NCBI GenBank assembly: GCA_043228905.1
Contig: JBHGNT010000010.1
Span: forward strand, 13,516,001-13,580,000
DNA length: 64,000 nt
Source: Azolla caroliniana
Taxonomy: Eukaryota; Plantae; Polypodiophyta
Reading direction: 5' to 3'
In this document: positions 35,082-45,866 of the stretch, one piece after another
Numbering within the stretch: the stretch's first letter is position 1
Layout: the number at the start of each line of letters is the position of its first letter
Program-made: the position numbers and the translations under genes
The notes under the pieces: generated by a model
What the model was told of the DNA's origin: nothing
The model's input: only the letters and a program-made list of their open reading frames with translations
The model's database searches: none

Positions 35082-38000
35082 ATGGCGCTCTCAGAGGAAG
35101 CAAGACAATGGCTGACAGAAAACGGGTTGGAAGGGTTTCTGCAAATCGCCGATGCACCACCGCACGTTGAACTGGAGCAGGCAGCCGCAACCATCGATCT
35201 GTCTGAGATCACAGAAGGCGCGGTGCAGGCGCTCACAGGGCTACAGGCGGGAGGATTGCGATCAATAGAGTGCCCCTCCACCAAATCTTGTTCGAGTACT
35301 TCGGGGAGTACTCTCTGAGTAGCAAGGCATACCGAACGCAAGGGGGACAAAACTTGTTATTCGGGGAAGTGGCCCGCGCAATGATGGAATACGGGTTTGT
35401 ACACCCTCGTCCCCTAGCCATACCAAAGTACTGGGCCGGGTTCGTGATCGTGGCATATGAAGGGCTGAGGGTGGACTGGCTCCACTTCATCACCGAAGGC
35501 TTGAAGGACGCGATCGGGAACCTAGTGGAAGGAAAGAAATCATGGGCCGGGATAGCGCAGTGGCTGACTGTGTTGGTCCCACCTATTCTCCCCATCAAGC
35601 AAAAGAAAAGGGGTCGCCAGGAGACGACACCAAAGAAGACCGCGAAACTCTGATAGCTCCTGGAGAAACATACCCCAGGATGGACTCAGGAGGAGGACGA
35701 ACAGCTGGAAGAAGGGCCATCCAAACGGCAACCAGAACAGGCGTGAAAAGCAAAACCGGCGAGGAAAGGAAAAGAAAAATCGGCGAAGAAGACCACCCGC
35801 ACATAGGAGCTAGCCAAAGAAGAGCCGGTGGTGCATAAGCCGATCAAAATAGCAGTGCGAAGGCCAGAACTTGAACTAGTGGACTTTGTACGAAAGATCC
35901 GTCTGGGAACCACCACGGAGGAGGAGGCTGCGGAGGAGGACTCGGTTGAGCCATTGGAAAGACATGCACCAACGCGGGGTCGGGAGCAACAGGAGAAAGA
36001 ACCGGCTCCACCAGTTGGCGGCACTCAGCAACGGGCAACTGAACCGGCTCCACCAGTTGGCGGCACTCAGCAACAAGCGAAGGGACCGACTCCAATAACC
36101 GAGGAGGTAGGGGAACAGGAAGAATCAAGGGCCGCACAAAAAGAGGTAGCACTCAAACATATGTTGCCAGATGACGGCCAAGAACAGGTTTTGCCGGACT
36201 TCGCCAGCGAACAAATCTTCCCGGACTTGGGAAGTGAACAAGTCCCGGAACCGGAAACAAGTGCAAGGCAGCCGGAGGGAAGACAAGAGCAACAATCGGA
36301 ACCACAGAGCGGGAGCGCGCAAAGCACCCTGACTGAAGGAGAGAATGGACTAGAGAATAGCACGATGCAACAGTGGTTGAGAGGGCTCTCAAAACAAGTG
36401 TCGGGGGTAGCAGACCAACTGGACGGGGAAGAGAGGCATAGGGAATACCTTACGCGGACAACGACAGAAGAATTGGTCTCGCTCCGAACGTAGATCCAGG
36501 GGTTGCAAGAGGAGTTGACGAAGGCAAAGGAAAGAGCGGCCAATACGGCCACAGTGGGCCAACAGGCACAGGTCGTCACCGAGCCGGTCGGGACAACAAG
36601 GAAGAAAGCCACCCCGGAACCGGTGGAAGGAGAGGCCTTGCAAACCGGCCCTAAGTCTGCAAAAATAATAGCAACTTTACGAGAAGAGTTGAGGGCTCGA
36701 GAGGCGTTGAGGGAGAAGGAAAGAGAACAACGGAAGTTGGCGGAAGAAGAAAGGTGGAGGATGGAAGGAAGCCTTCGAAAAAGCCAGGCCAACAACGACC
36801 GATTGAAGGAAGGAAGAGACAAGCTACAGCAGGACAAGGATAGACTGCGCCGGCATGCCGAAACGGAAATAGAACATCTCAAGGAAGAACTCCGGCAACA
36901 AAAGGATCGGGACGACCGGTTGCATGCTCAGGTAAACTGACGCTTGAAACAAAAAACTGAGGATTTTGACAGGTTGTATCGGGAGCACAAGCAAGCCGAG
37001 TCGGATTACAAAAAACGGGGAGTGGAGTTCGACCGGCAGATGGAAAAGTTAAAGGAGCAGCTGAAAGAGACCCGGTTGGATCTTGCCAAGACAATGGACG
37101 AATTAGATGTAAAGAAGGAAGCGTTGTCGGTAGAGAAGACCGAAGCGGTGGAATGAGTAAAGCAGTTGGAAGCAGCGGCAAAGGAGAAGTTGGAGCTCAC
37201 CAAGACCCGGAATGAAGAGAAGGAACGGGCAACATACGCACTCAACAAACTGAGGGATACATATGAAAAGAAGGCAATGGAGTATGAAAGCCAAGCCCAG
37301 GCCGCTGCTGCAATTATCGTACGATTGAGGCAGGAAAAGCAAGAGGCTAATGCATGTGCTCAATTGGGGGTGGACCGGATCCAACTCATCATGTCGGCAT
37401 GGAGGGACCGAGCTCAGAACAACATCAATGAATGTTCTGAGAAGGTATGGAAGGAGTGGTCACAACAAGCAGCAGAGTTGCAAACACTCAACAAACTGAG
37501 GGATACACTCAACATACGCACTCAACAAACTGAGGGATACATATGAAAAGAAGGCAGTGGAGTATGAAAGCCAAGCCCAGGCCGCTGCTGCAATTATCGT
37601 ACGATTGAGGCAGGAAAAGCAAGAGGCTAATGCATGTGCTCAATTGGGGGTGGACCGGATCCAACTCATCATGTCGGCATGGAGGGACCGAGCTCAGAAC
37701 AACATCAATGAATGTTCTGAGAAGGTATGGAAGGAGTGGTCACAACAAGCAGCAGAGCTGCAAACACTCCGGGCTGATGCAGAGAACCGGATGAAGGCAG
37801 GTGACAAATTCTATAAGATGGATGAAGAAAGCATTGTCACCATTCGGGAAGAACTGTCAAAGGATTTCTTCGCTTTAGCAGAAGAACATCTAAAGGAGAT
37901 CCGGGGGTTGGTGGAAAGATTGGATGACGGACAACCCGAAACTTAGTTGGAGTTCGAGAAGTACGAGCAGGACCGTCAACAACAAGAAGCCGAGGGTAAG

Positions 38001-38167
38001 ACAACGCCCATCACAATAAGCGATGAGGACAGGCAAAGGCAGATGAACCGGAGCAGCAACCAATCCAACCGGAACTCGGAAGGGAGACAGGGACAGAACA
38101 GGAAATCGGGGAGGCGCCACTTGATACCTTCGAGTAAGGTCTGCTCGATATTTTGGAGGAAGAATGA
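35082..38167 (+). pseudogene. Extra 3' ORF of Gypsy B (homolog of 3214-6099)
   Basis: MALSEEARQWLTENGLEGFL vs MTLSEAAKKWLKQHGLEGFL; YFGEYSL.SKAY.TQGG; AQWLT.L.PP; AETEIE.LKEELRQQK; LRAD.ENR...GD.FYK. Confidence 0.8.
37231..37769 (+). repeat. ~259-bp tandem duplication (period 280) with a 21-bp templated filler
   Basis: 37231-37489 is repeated at 37511-37769; the peptide EYESQAQAAAAII...ELQTL is duplicated. Confidence 0.95.
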
Positions 38168-38175
38168 GGCCGTGT

Positions 38176-38215
38176 GTGGGTTCGAAGTGCAAGGCACTTT
38201 CCCACGAGCGTGCCA
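38176..38215 (+). other. tRNA-3'-half-like hairpin ending in CCA at the PPT position (inverted PBS)
   Basis: GTGGG TTCG AAGTGC AAG GCACTT T CCCAC GAGCGTG CCA directly abuts the LTR TG. Confidence 0.75.
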
Positions 38216-38613
38216 TGTGTTGGCCAGTCAAGGGCCAAAGGACAAGTGGGAAAGCCGAACCGGATATATGTATATATAGTATAATTATTATTAGAATTAT
38301 TATTCGAAGGGACGGATCCGGTACAGTTGTGCCGATCCGGATCCGGACCAATTCGGAGCCGGTTGCCTAAAGGGCACCGTTTGTAATATTGTTGGATGCC
38401 TATAAAAGGATCCGATTGGATGTAATGATCTTACAAAAATAATACGAATTATACTGGAGCACTTATTCTGTATCTTTGCATCTGTATTGTCTTACCGTCT
38501 GTGCTTATAATCCTTATCTTACGTGTGTGGTCTAACATCCTAACCTTACCACCCCTTTGGAGAAGTGTTCGGAAGGACACCTGTGTTGTGGCTAGTCCGG
38601 CCAGAAGGCAACA
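38216..38613 (+). repeat. 3' LTR of Gypsy B
   Basis: Direct repeat of 23146-23523. Confidence 0.93.
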
Positions 38614-38991
38614 AGATGGGACTATGATAAGCAACCGAGCAAAAGAAAGCCAAACAAGGAGGAAAAGGTAAGACTTGATCAAATCAATCATTATAATGAG
38701 CCATTCTAGGCTCAACACAGACCTCACCTATGCTGACTCGACTATATGTCAACCGACTTGTAACATAAATTTAGATTATTGTTGTAATCTAGGTTTACGA
38801 GGGAGACAACCCCAAACACATGCATATGTAGGAAAGAGTAGTCCTTTTACATGGGAGTTTATTGGCATAAAAGGCCGACTCCTTCCACTTTGTATCCTAG
38901 TGTGAATTCGTCCATATAGTTAGGGCTTAGTATATAAGCAACAACCTAACGTTGTAAAGAGATATCTCTTGATCATCCTGTACATTGAGTC

Positions 38992-39056
<65 letters not shown>

Positions 39057-39203
39057 AAGACAAAGACAAAGACAAAGACAGAGAGAGAGAGAGAAAGACA
39101 AAGACAAAGACAGAGAGAGACAGAGAGAATGTAATAGAGCTTCCATTAAAGCTTCAATCCATGTATATCTTTGCTCTTTCTTTTTTTTGTGTTGTTTTCT
39201 GAG

Positions 39204-39451
39204 TCAGATCCTCATACGTTTCCACATACACTTACGCTTCATGAACACCCCTCCACCTACTATAGTAACTAATGTGCCATTCCCTGTAGTTAAGAGGTGA
39301 TTGTAGAAAGAGAATATAAAGAGAAGGTGACTATATAAGCACCTTCCCACCTTATTTGTAACGTTGGTCATTCTTGTAATCTTCTTTTTGATAATATAGT
39401 CTTTACTTGTTTTTCGTATACTCGAGCTCTCTCTCTCACTCACTCACTCTC

Positions 39452-39529
<78 letters not shown>

Positions 39530-39566
39530 CTCTTCTGTTGCACATAATCACTCTTGGTTCCTTACA
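39204..39566 (+). repeat. Copia-type LTR remnant; left boundary approximate
   Basis: Resembles 45487-45866 (agaaggtga.ta.ataagcaccttc...(CT)n(CA)n...ttaca). Confidence 0.6.
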
Positions 39567-39914
39567 GAAATGAAAGACATGAAGGAGCTCCATTAGTTTC
39601 TAGGAATAGAAGTAATTCGAACCCCAGACAACATCATGGTCTCCCAACGACACTATATTCAATTTATTCTTCATGTTTGGGATGACAAAGTGTAAGCCCA
39701 TCACTACCCTTGTCGATCAAAACCTAAAGTTAGATGTCAACTCCAGCATAGAAGCATGTGAGCTTACTCACTATTGTCAGCTCGTCGAAAGCCTTATCTA
39801 CCTCACCATTACCTAACCCGACCTCAGTTATTTGGGTAGCCTCCTTAGCTAGTTTATGTAGACACCTCGTGACATTCATCCGAACTGCGCTAAGTGAGTA
39901 CTAAGGTATGTAAG

Positions 39915-40635
39915 TGATGGGAATAACCGATTCCTAAGCACAACGCTCGGCCACAACTGAGTCTAGGATCAAACACAGAAAACGGATACTGAATGCACGA
40001 CACAAAGGAGAGAAGAGTACACAGGATGTTAACGTGGAAAACCCAAACTAGGGAAAAAACCACGGTAGCCCACAGACTGCAAACTATCACTATATCAGAA
40101 TGTACAATAGTAAATCACCGAGGCAACGACCTCGAGCGTGCTATCTTCGCCACAGGCGACAGTTACAACAGAGGCAACAACCTCTTCCTCTCTCTCTCTC
40201 TCTCTCTCTGTACAATGTTACGTGCTCTCAAGTCTTGCACCAACAAGAATGACAACAACCACTAAGTTTGCCCTAAGTCATATTTATACTAATACGACTT
40301 TTCGGCTATTTACAAATATAGCCCCGATAGACTCTCAGGAAACATATTTACGAATATGTCCCTTCATCCGGTGAGCACTTCTCACCGGGGCTTCACTATC
40401 CGGCTCTTGTCGAGTACTCCTCATCCGGTTCTCACCGGGTCTTCTGTAGTCGGGTATGCCTCATCCGGTTCTCACCGGGTCTTCCGTAGCCGGGTACTCC
40501 TCATCCGGTTCTAACCGGGTCTTCCGTTGCCGAGTACGCCTCATCCGGTTTCGGCCTCGGCCTATCGGCCTCGACCGAGTTTCTCATCAGCACTGTTCTT
40601 CTCACTTCCCATCCGGAGGGACCTGTTTCCTAACA
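39915..40635 (-). repeat. Solo LTR (Tork-like Copia family)
   Basis: TG...CA; TSD GTAAG at 39910-39914 and 40636-40640; same family as 55773-56380. Confidence 0.92.
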
Positions 40636-40793
40636 GTAAGATGGACAATGAATTTCAACATTCTCAACAAATTGACTACACGGATTCGACTCGAAGGGTA
40701 CACCGATGTTGATTGGGCCGAGTACAAAGCTGTCAGACGATCAACATCAGCATCTGTCTTCTCCCTCGATAGTGGAGCCGTATCATGGAGCAG

Positions 40794-43700
40794 TGTTGAG
40801 ATACAAGCTCAACATTGGCCGGATCGGCTGTGCAAACCGAGAACCGGACCGGTGCGTAACGAGAGGCCGTATCGGTGCGTAAACCGAAAGGCCGTTAGAG
40901 ATATATTCCTCGTAAGGAATAGTTTTGGGAGTAAATGTCGAGGCTCATTTATGAGCAGTCAAGTACTGTCAGTACTTGTGTCAGCCCATTGTCAGGGCTT
41001 GTATAAAAGGTGCTCACTGAGCACGATGTAAGTACAGAGTTAGTATTTTTTGAATTGAATTTTTTGTGTGTTCTCTCTCTGTCTCTCCTGCGTACTGTGT
41101 GTTTGGTTTTCTATTGCTTCCGCACATAATCTTTTACATGGTATCAGAGCACGAGGGTTGAGAACCTCTACAGCCAACATAGCTTGAAAGAAAAACCAAC
41201 CATGAAGAACAAGCAAAACCGATGGATAGAGGCATGGCTAGCTCGCTTTCAACAGAGAAGCTCGACAGAAACAACTACGCGTCTTGGTCTTACAAGATGC
41301 ACCAGTACCTGCTCGGACACGGTTACTGGAGCTATGTCAATGGAGCAAATGACACAGCACCCGATTCGACACACAAAGACTTCCCGGCTTGGGAACAGTC
41401 GGCGAGCAAAGTATTGTACCGCTTCGTGTCTTGTGTAGGCGAACAGCTCCTGAGCTATATTCGGGATGCGAAAACACCAAAGGATGCTTGGGGAAATTTG
41501 AAGAAGATCTTCGCCGCAAGCACCACAGCCAGGAAGCTTCAACTCCGACAAGAGCTGAGCAATTTACGACAACGCGACTTGTCAGTGGCTGATTACACCT
41601 CGAAGATCAAAGATATATGTGATTCTCTAGCCTCTATCGATGTGAACGTCGAGGAAGGCGAGATGGTGCAAATCTGTCTTGGGGGACTGGCGTCGAAATT
41701 CAGAGCGTTCCGAACTATTGTGTGTACACGAGAGAATACGCCGTCATTTTTCAACTTACAGTCGATGCTCCTTATAGAGGAGAACCACGCGGGTGCATCG
41801 ACGAGCACGCATGCCGACAGTAAGATGTTGTACATGGAGGGAGATAGGCCTCGTGGTCATGGCGGACGAAGCGAGTCGGTGCGCAATGGAGGCGGCTGAC
41901 GGGATCAAGGAAGAAGGCACTGAAGTGATGCCAACAGCAACTCCGGACCCTCCGGAAACAGGGGGAGTCGAGGCGACGAGAACCGGCAAGGGAAATCCGC
42001 TGCGGAATGCTGGTACTGTGGCAAGAAAGGCCACACGGAGAGCGAGTGCTGGAAAAAGCGCGCCGATTCGGAGAGAACCGGGTCCGGATCAGGTTTCGGA
42101 CAGACCGACAAAGGAAATCGGCAACGATTGCACTACGCCGAAGGATCCGGAGAAACCGAAAAAGGGTCAGTCTTCGTGAAGAGATATGAAGCAAACTCGA
42201 TGAAGAAGATCACCCGGAAGTCAGAGGAGGTGTGGTACGTCGACTTTGGCGCGTCAAACCACATGACGTGCCACAAGGAGGGGTTCTCATACCTAGGAAA
42301 CCGATGCAACCGGGAGTAGTCACAACCGGAGACGACACTCCGCATCCGATCGCAAATGTTGGTGAAGTTCCCTTGAGCCATGTCGGGCAGAAAGGGAAAC
42401 TTATGAACGTGCTACACGTCCCAACAATCACGAAGAATCTAGTGTCGGTCGGACAGATCGTCGACCAGGGGATGCAAGTCTGGTTCACGCATCTTAGGTG
42501 CTTCATTGAGGAAGAAGGTTGAGTTATTGCGCAAGGGCGCAGAGACAGGAGGATGTTTATCCTTGACTCTCGTGACGGTGGCACCACGATGTTCGCGAAA
42601 GGACAAAAAAGTTGAGTCGGATATCGACTTATGGCACAAGCAGGTGGGCCACGTCAACTATCAACGGCTTCAATGGCTATTTGCAACAGATGGGAATTCG
42701 GCGCGAATTCAGTTGTAGATACACGACGGAGCAAAACGGCGTGGCCGAGAGGCAGAATCGGTCGATTGTGAAAGCGGTGCGGGCAATGCTAGAAGAAAAG
42801 ATCTTGCCCAAGTTATATTGGGCTGAGGCGGTACGAACCGCGGTATACATCCAGAATCGGATCGGAGAAAAAGTGTCGGCGCATGAGTAGTATTTCTGCA
42901 GGAAGCCGAATTTTTGACACTTGAGAGTTTTCGGTAGCATTGCATATGTGCATGTGCCAAAGGAGAAACGAAGGAAGCTAGACGCGAAATCCGAGAAGAG
43001 TATCTTGGTCGGCTATTCGGACGAGCAGAAGGGTTATAAGTGTTATAACCCACGCACCAAACAAGCGCGCGTGAGCCGCGACGTTGTGTTTGACGAGTCC
43101 GTGTCCTGGTACTTGCCTCCAACTCCGGACCTCACCTCCAATCCAAGTTCTGACGATGAGGTCAGCGAGCCCGAGATGCCTCCGGATGAGCCCGAAATCG
43201 GGACTCGCGAAGAGAGTCCGACTTCGGTTCGCTTAAGCGGACCGGATGGATGACTGAGTCAATTCGACCAGTCCGATGGAGAGTCAGCGAGTAGTGGAGA
43301 CTCGGCCGTGCATTCCCCGTGTAGGAATATAAGCCGAAGAGAGTTTGCAAGAGATTTTGAGGCCTGCCCATAGGTGCTTCCAAAAGTGTGAGATAAATTG
43401 AGGACCTCAATCGCTAATAATATCATTCGGGAGACCATGATGGCGAAACACTTCACGCATAATGAGATCTGTAGTTTCTTCACTATTGATGGCCTTTACA
43501 CATGGTACAAAATGTGCCATCTTAGTGAACCGAATCAAACTGTCAGAACCAAGGATAAAAGATACAGTGATGGAAGAAGGATATTAGAGAACACGAGAAG
43601 AAAGGAACCAAACACTAAGAGAAGAATGGATGTATAAGATAGAGAAAGAAAGAGAATGGATACAAGATATGTAATGAGAGCTAAAGACTTATAGGTTCCT

Positions 43701-44931
43701 ATAGAATAGCTTAGAGATTTCTAGAATGTTCTAGAATGTTCTAGACCTAGAATGCTCTAGGACATTCTAGAACATTCTAGAATAATCTAGAGTTTTTACA
43801 ATAATCAATGTAATACAAGAAGTAGCTTTTATTGTTTCATATAACAATAAGCTATCTTAATGGTTGAGGTTTTCAAGTATGGATTACAAGGTTCGAGGTT
43901 CAAGTCCGGGTGACGCCATAATGGTCATGTGTTCATGACACCTCTTGGTCTAGACAAGTTGCGGCAATTCTCGGGTGCGCTTGGGTTGCGTCACCTCGAC
44001 GTGACGAACTTGAGGGGGAGAGATGTCCCGAATGACCATGGAAGGGGGAGAGAAGACCGCGACGCCGAGTCGGATGACAAATTCGATTTCGGATCGGCTG
44101 AAGAAGCCGAGGGCGGATCCCCGGAAGAGTCCGAAAGCGGACATAAAGGGAGTAGTCGAAAGGAAGAGCCAAAGCCAACCAAGTGTGAGCGAGACGACGC
44201 CATCAAGGGCGAGAAAACTGAAGACGAGTTGGAAACAATCAACTCAAACGAGAGCGAAACCAATCGGAGGAAGCCGAGTGGGTTCGGCGGGTGTTTGATT
44301 CGGATACACTGAATCAACCGAGGGTCAAGCGGAAGAGAGGGCAATAGAAGAGGCGCCAACACCGCAACAACAAGGAAGCTAAGAAGGGTCGTGTGACCAG
44401 ACAAGCCGATCGAACGGGTCGAGGTGCGCGAGCAAGGCGTGGAGCTAGGAGGAACCGGAACGTAGATCCGGAAGAGCGGATGGAACCTCAAGTTGAGCTT
44501 GAGGGGGAGTGTTGAGATACAAACTCAACATTGGTCGGATCGGTTGTGCAAACCGAGAACCGGATTGGTTGGGACCGATCGGTTAGGCCGGACCGGTGCG
44601 TAAAACGGATACGCAAACCGATGCGTAACGAGAGGCCGTATCAGTGCGTAAACCGAAAGGCCGTTAGAGAGATATTCCTCGTAAGGAATAGTTTTGGGAG
44701 TAAATGTCGAGGCTCATTTATGAGCAGTCAAGTACTATCAGTACTTGTGTCAGCCCATTGTCAGGGCTTGTATAGAAGGTGCTCACTGAGCACGATGTAA
44801 GTATAGAGTTAGTATTTTTTGAATTGAATTTCTTGTGTGTTCTCTCTCTGTCTCTCCCGCGTACTGTGCATACTCAAGCTCTCCATTAAACCTGCATATT
44901 TTCTGTGTGTTTGGTTTTCTATTGCTTTACA
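40794..44931 (+). mobile_element. Ty1/Copia element F, degenerate, RT deleted; LTRs 40794-41138 and 44510-44931
   Basis: TSD AGCAG at 40789-40793 and 44932-44936; PBS 41139-41150; gag 41222-41899, CWYCGKKGHTESEC, WYVDFGASNHMT, integrase fragments; PPT 44501-44509. Confidence 0.92.
43320..43940 (-). mobile_element. Remnant of a third, divergent chromovirus: 5' LTR 43541-43940 fused to an integrase fragment
   Basis: Minus strand reads RFTKMAHFVPCVKAINSEET...HHGLPNDIISD; LTR TGTCATGA...CTGACA followed by GTTTGA, as in chromovirus 2. Confidence 0.85.
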
Positions 44932-45486
44932 AGCAGTAAGACGCAACCGACAGTCACATTGTTGAGCACAAAGTCTGAATAAAGGGGCGCGGCCATGACC
45001 GCATGTGAAGTCATATGACTTAAGAAGATTCTCAAGCATTTGGACATTTCCATCAAAGATCCAATCCTCCTATACTTTGACAATATGAGTAGTATCCACT
45101 TGGCTCGCAACCCGATTTTCCACTCTTGGATCAAACACATTGAGGTGCACTATCTTTTATCCAAAAGCATGTCCTAGCCGGAGATATCAACCTACAACAC
45201 ATCAAGACCAACATGCGATGACATATATCTTCACGAAGGCTTTGGGAGTCGACAAGTTGTGATAGTTCACGACGGACCTCAAACTTTCGACCGCCAACCA
45301 GTCAAGCTTGAGGGGGAGTATGCCGATCATTCATAGTCAGAGCTGCCATTCAACATGGAGTCGAACAGAGCAGAGTAAGCTGGTCATTCACAACCGAAGC
45401 CAAAGCCGACTACCTAAGTCGACCAGAAGACCAGTTCAGACCCAAGTCGATTGTTCGGCGATCAGGACGTTGCGTTTAAAGGGGCG

Positions 45487-45776
45487 TGTTGTGAATCAAA
45501 CTCAACTTCCCTAATGTGGGAACACACCTTAGGAATACCCAAGTGCGTGAACATCCCACCTCCTTGTATCATAACCAAGTGTCATAGAAGTTAAGTCCTA
45601 TGACACATATTTAGTAGGTAGTTAAGTCTCCACCACTTTCCCAAGTGGTGGTTGTAGTGAGAGAACATAGAGAGAAGGTGATTACATAAGCACCTTCTCC
45701 TCTTCTTTGTATTGTTGGTTGTTTTCTCTCTTGTTAATACAATTTTTACATTTTCTGTATGCTTTGTGTTTTCTCG

Positions 45777-45822
<46 letters not shown>

Positions 45823-45866
45823 CACACATCTTTTCTGCTGCACAAAATCATACCCGATTCTTTACA
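45487..45866 (+). repeat. 3' LTR of Copia E
   Basis: TGTTGTGAATCAAACTCAAC...CTTTACA; termini resemble the LTRs at 40794 and 10890-11184. Confidence 0.75.

Larger units (their letters stand above)
23146..38613 (+). mobile_element. Ty3/Gypsy element B, Athila-like, full length but degenerate, with extra 3' ORF; interrupted by Copia G
   Basis: LTRs 23146-23523 and 38216-38613; PBS-like TGGCGACCAC 23530-23539; gag, protease (IIDGGSG), RT (FLDD), RH, INT; no chromodomain and no additional RNase H seen. Confidence 0.93.
16203..38627 (+). mobile_element. Old Ty1/Copia element D: RT/RNase H fragments at 16203-16534, 22164-23145 and 38614-38627, split by chromovirus 2 and Gypsy B
   Basis: [21 protein letters not shown] before 16535; YIDSDYAG...ISWRSKLQ and KHIEVRYHHIRE after 22164; the frame FRALRTK|MGL* resumes after 38613. 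Confidence 0.85.
39567..45866 (+). mobile_element. Old Ty1/Copia element E: RT/RNase H fragments (39567-39914, 40641-40793, 44937-~45320) and 3' LTR 45487-45866
   Basis: EMKDM.ELH.FLGIEV, LEGYTDVDWA, VSWS|SK.QPTV, KHIEVHY; continuous once the two insertions are removed. Confidence 0.8.

Noticed and set aside
38176-38215. tRNA gene, or the 5' end of a separate minus-strand element
   Set aside because: Only a 3'-half resemblance with an insertion in the T-loop. The adjacent LTR matches the element's own 5' LTR, and all coding domains and the TATA box are on the + strand.
38630-39203. 3' LTR of Copia D
   Set aside because: LTR-like (TATA plus GA repeats), but no clear PPT, termini or partner LTR could be fixed.
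40370-40560. CRISPR-like or novel repeat array
   Set aside because: Short degenerate tandem repeats in the U3 of a Copia solo LTR; no unique spacers, eukaryotic context.
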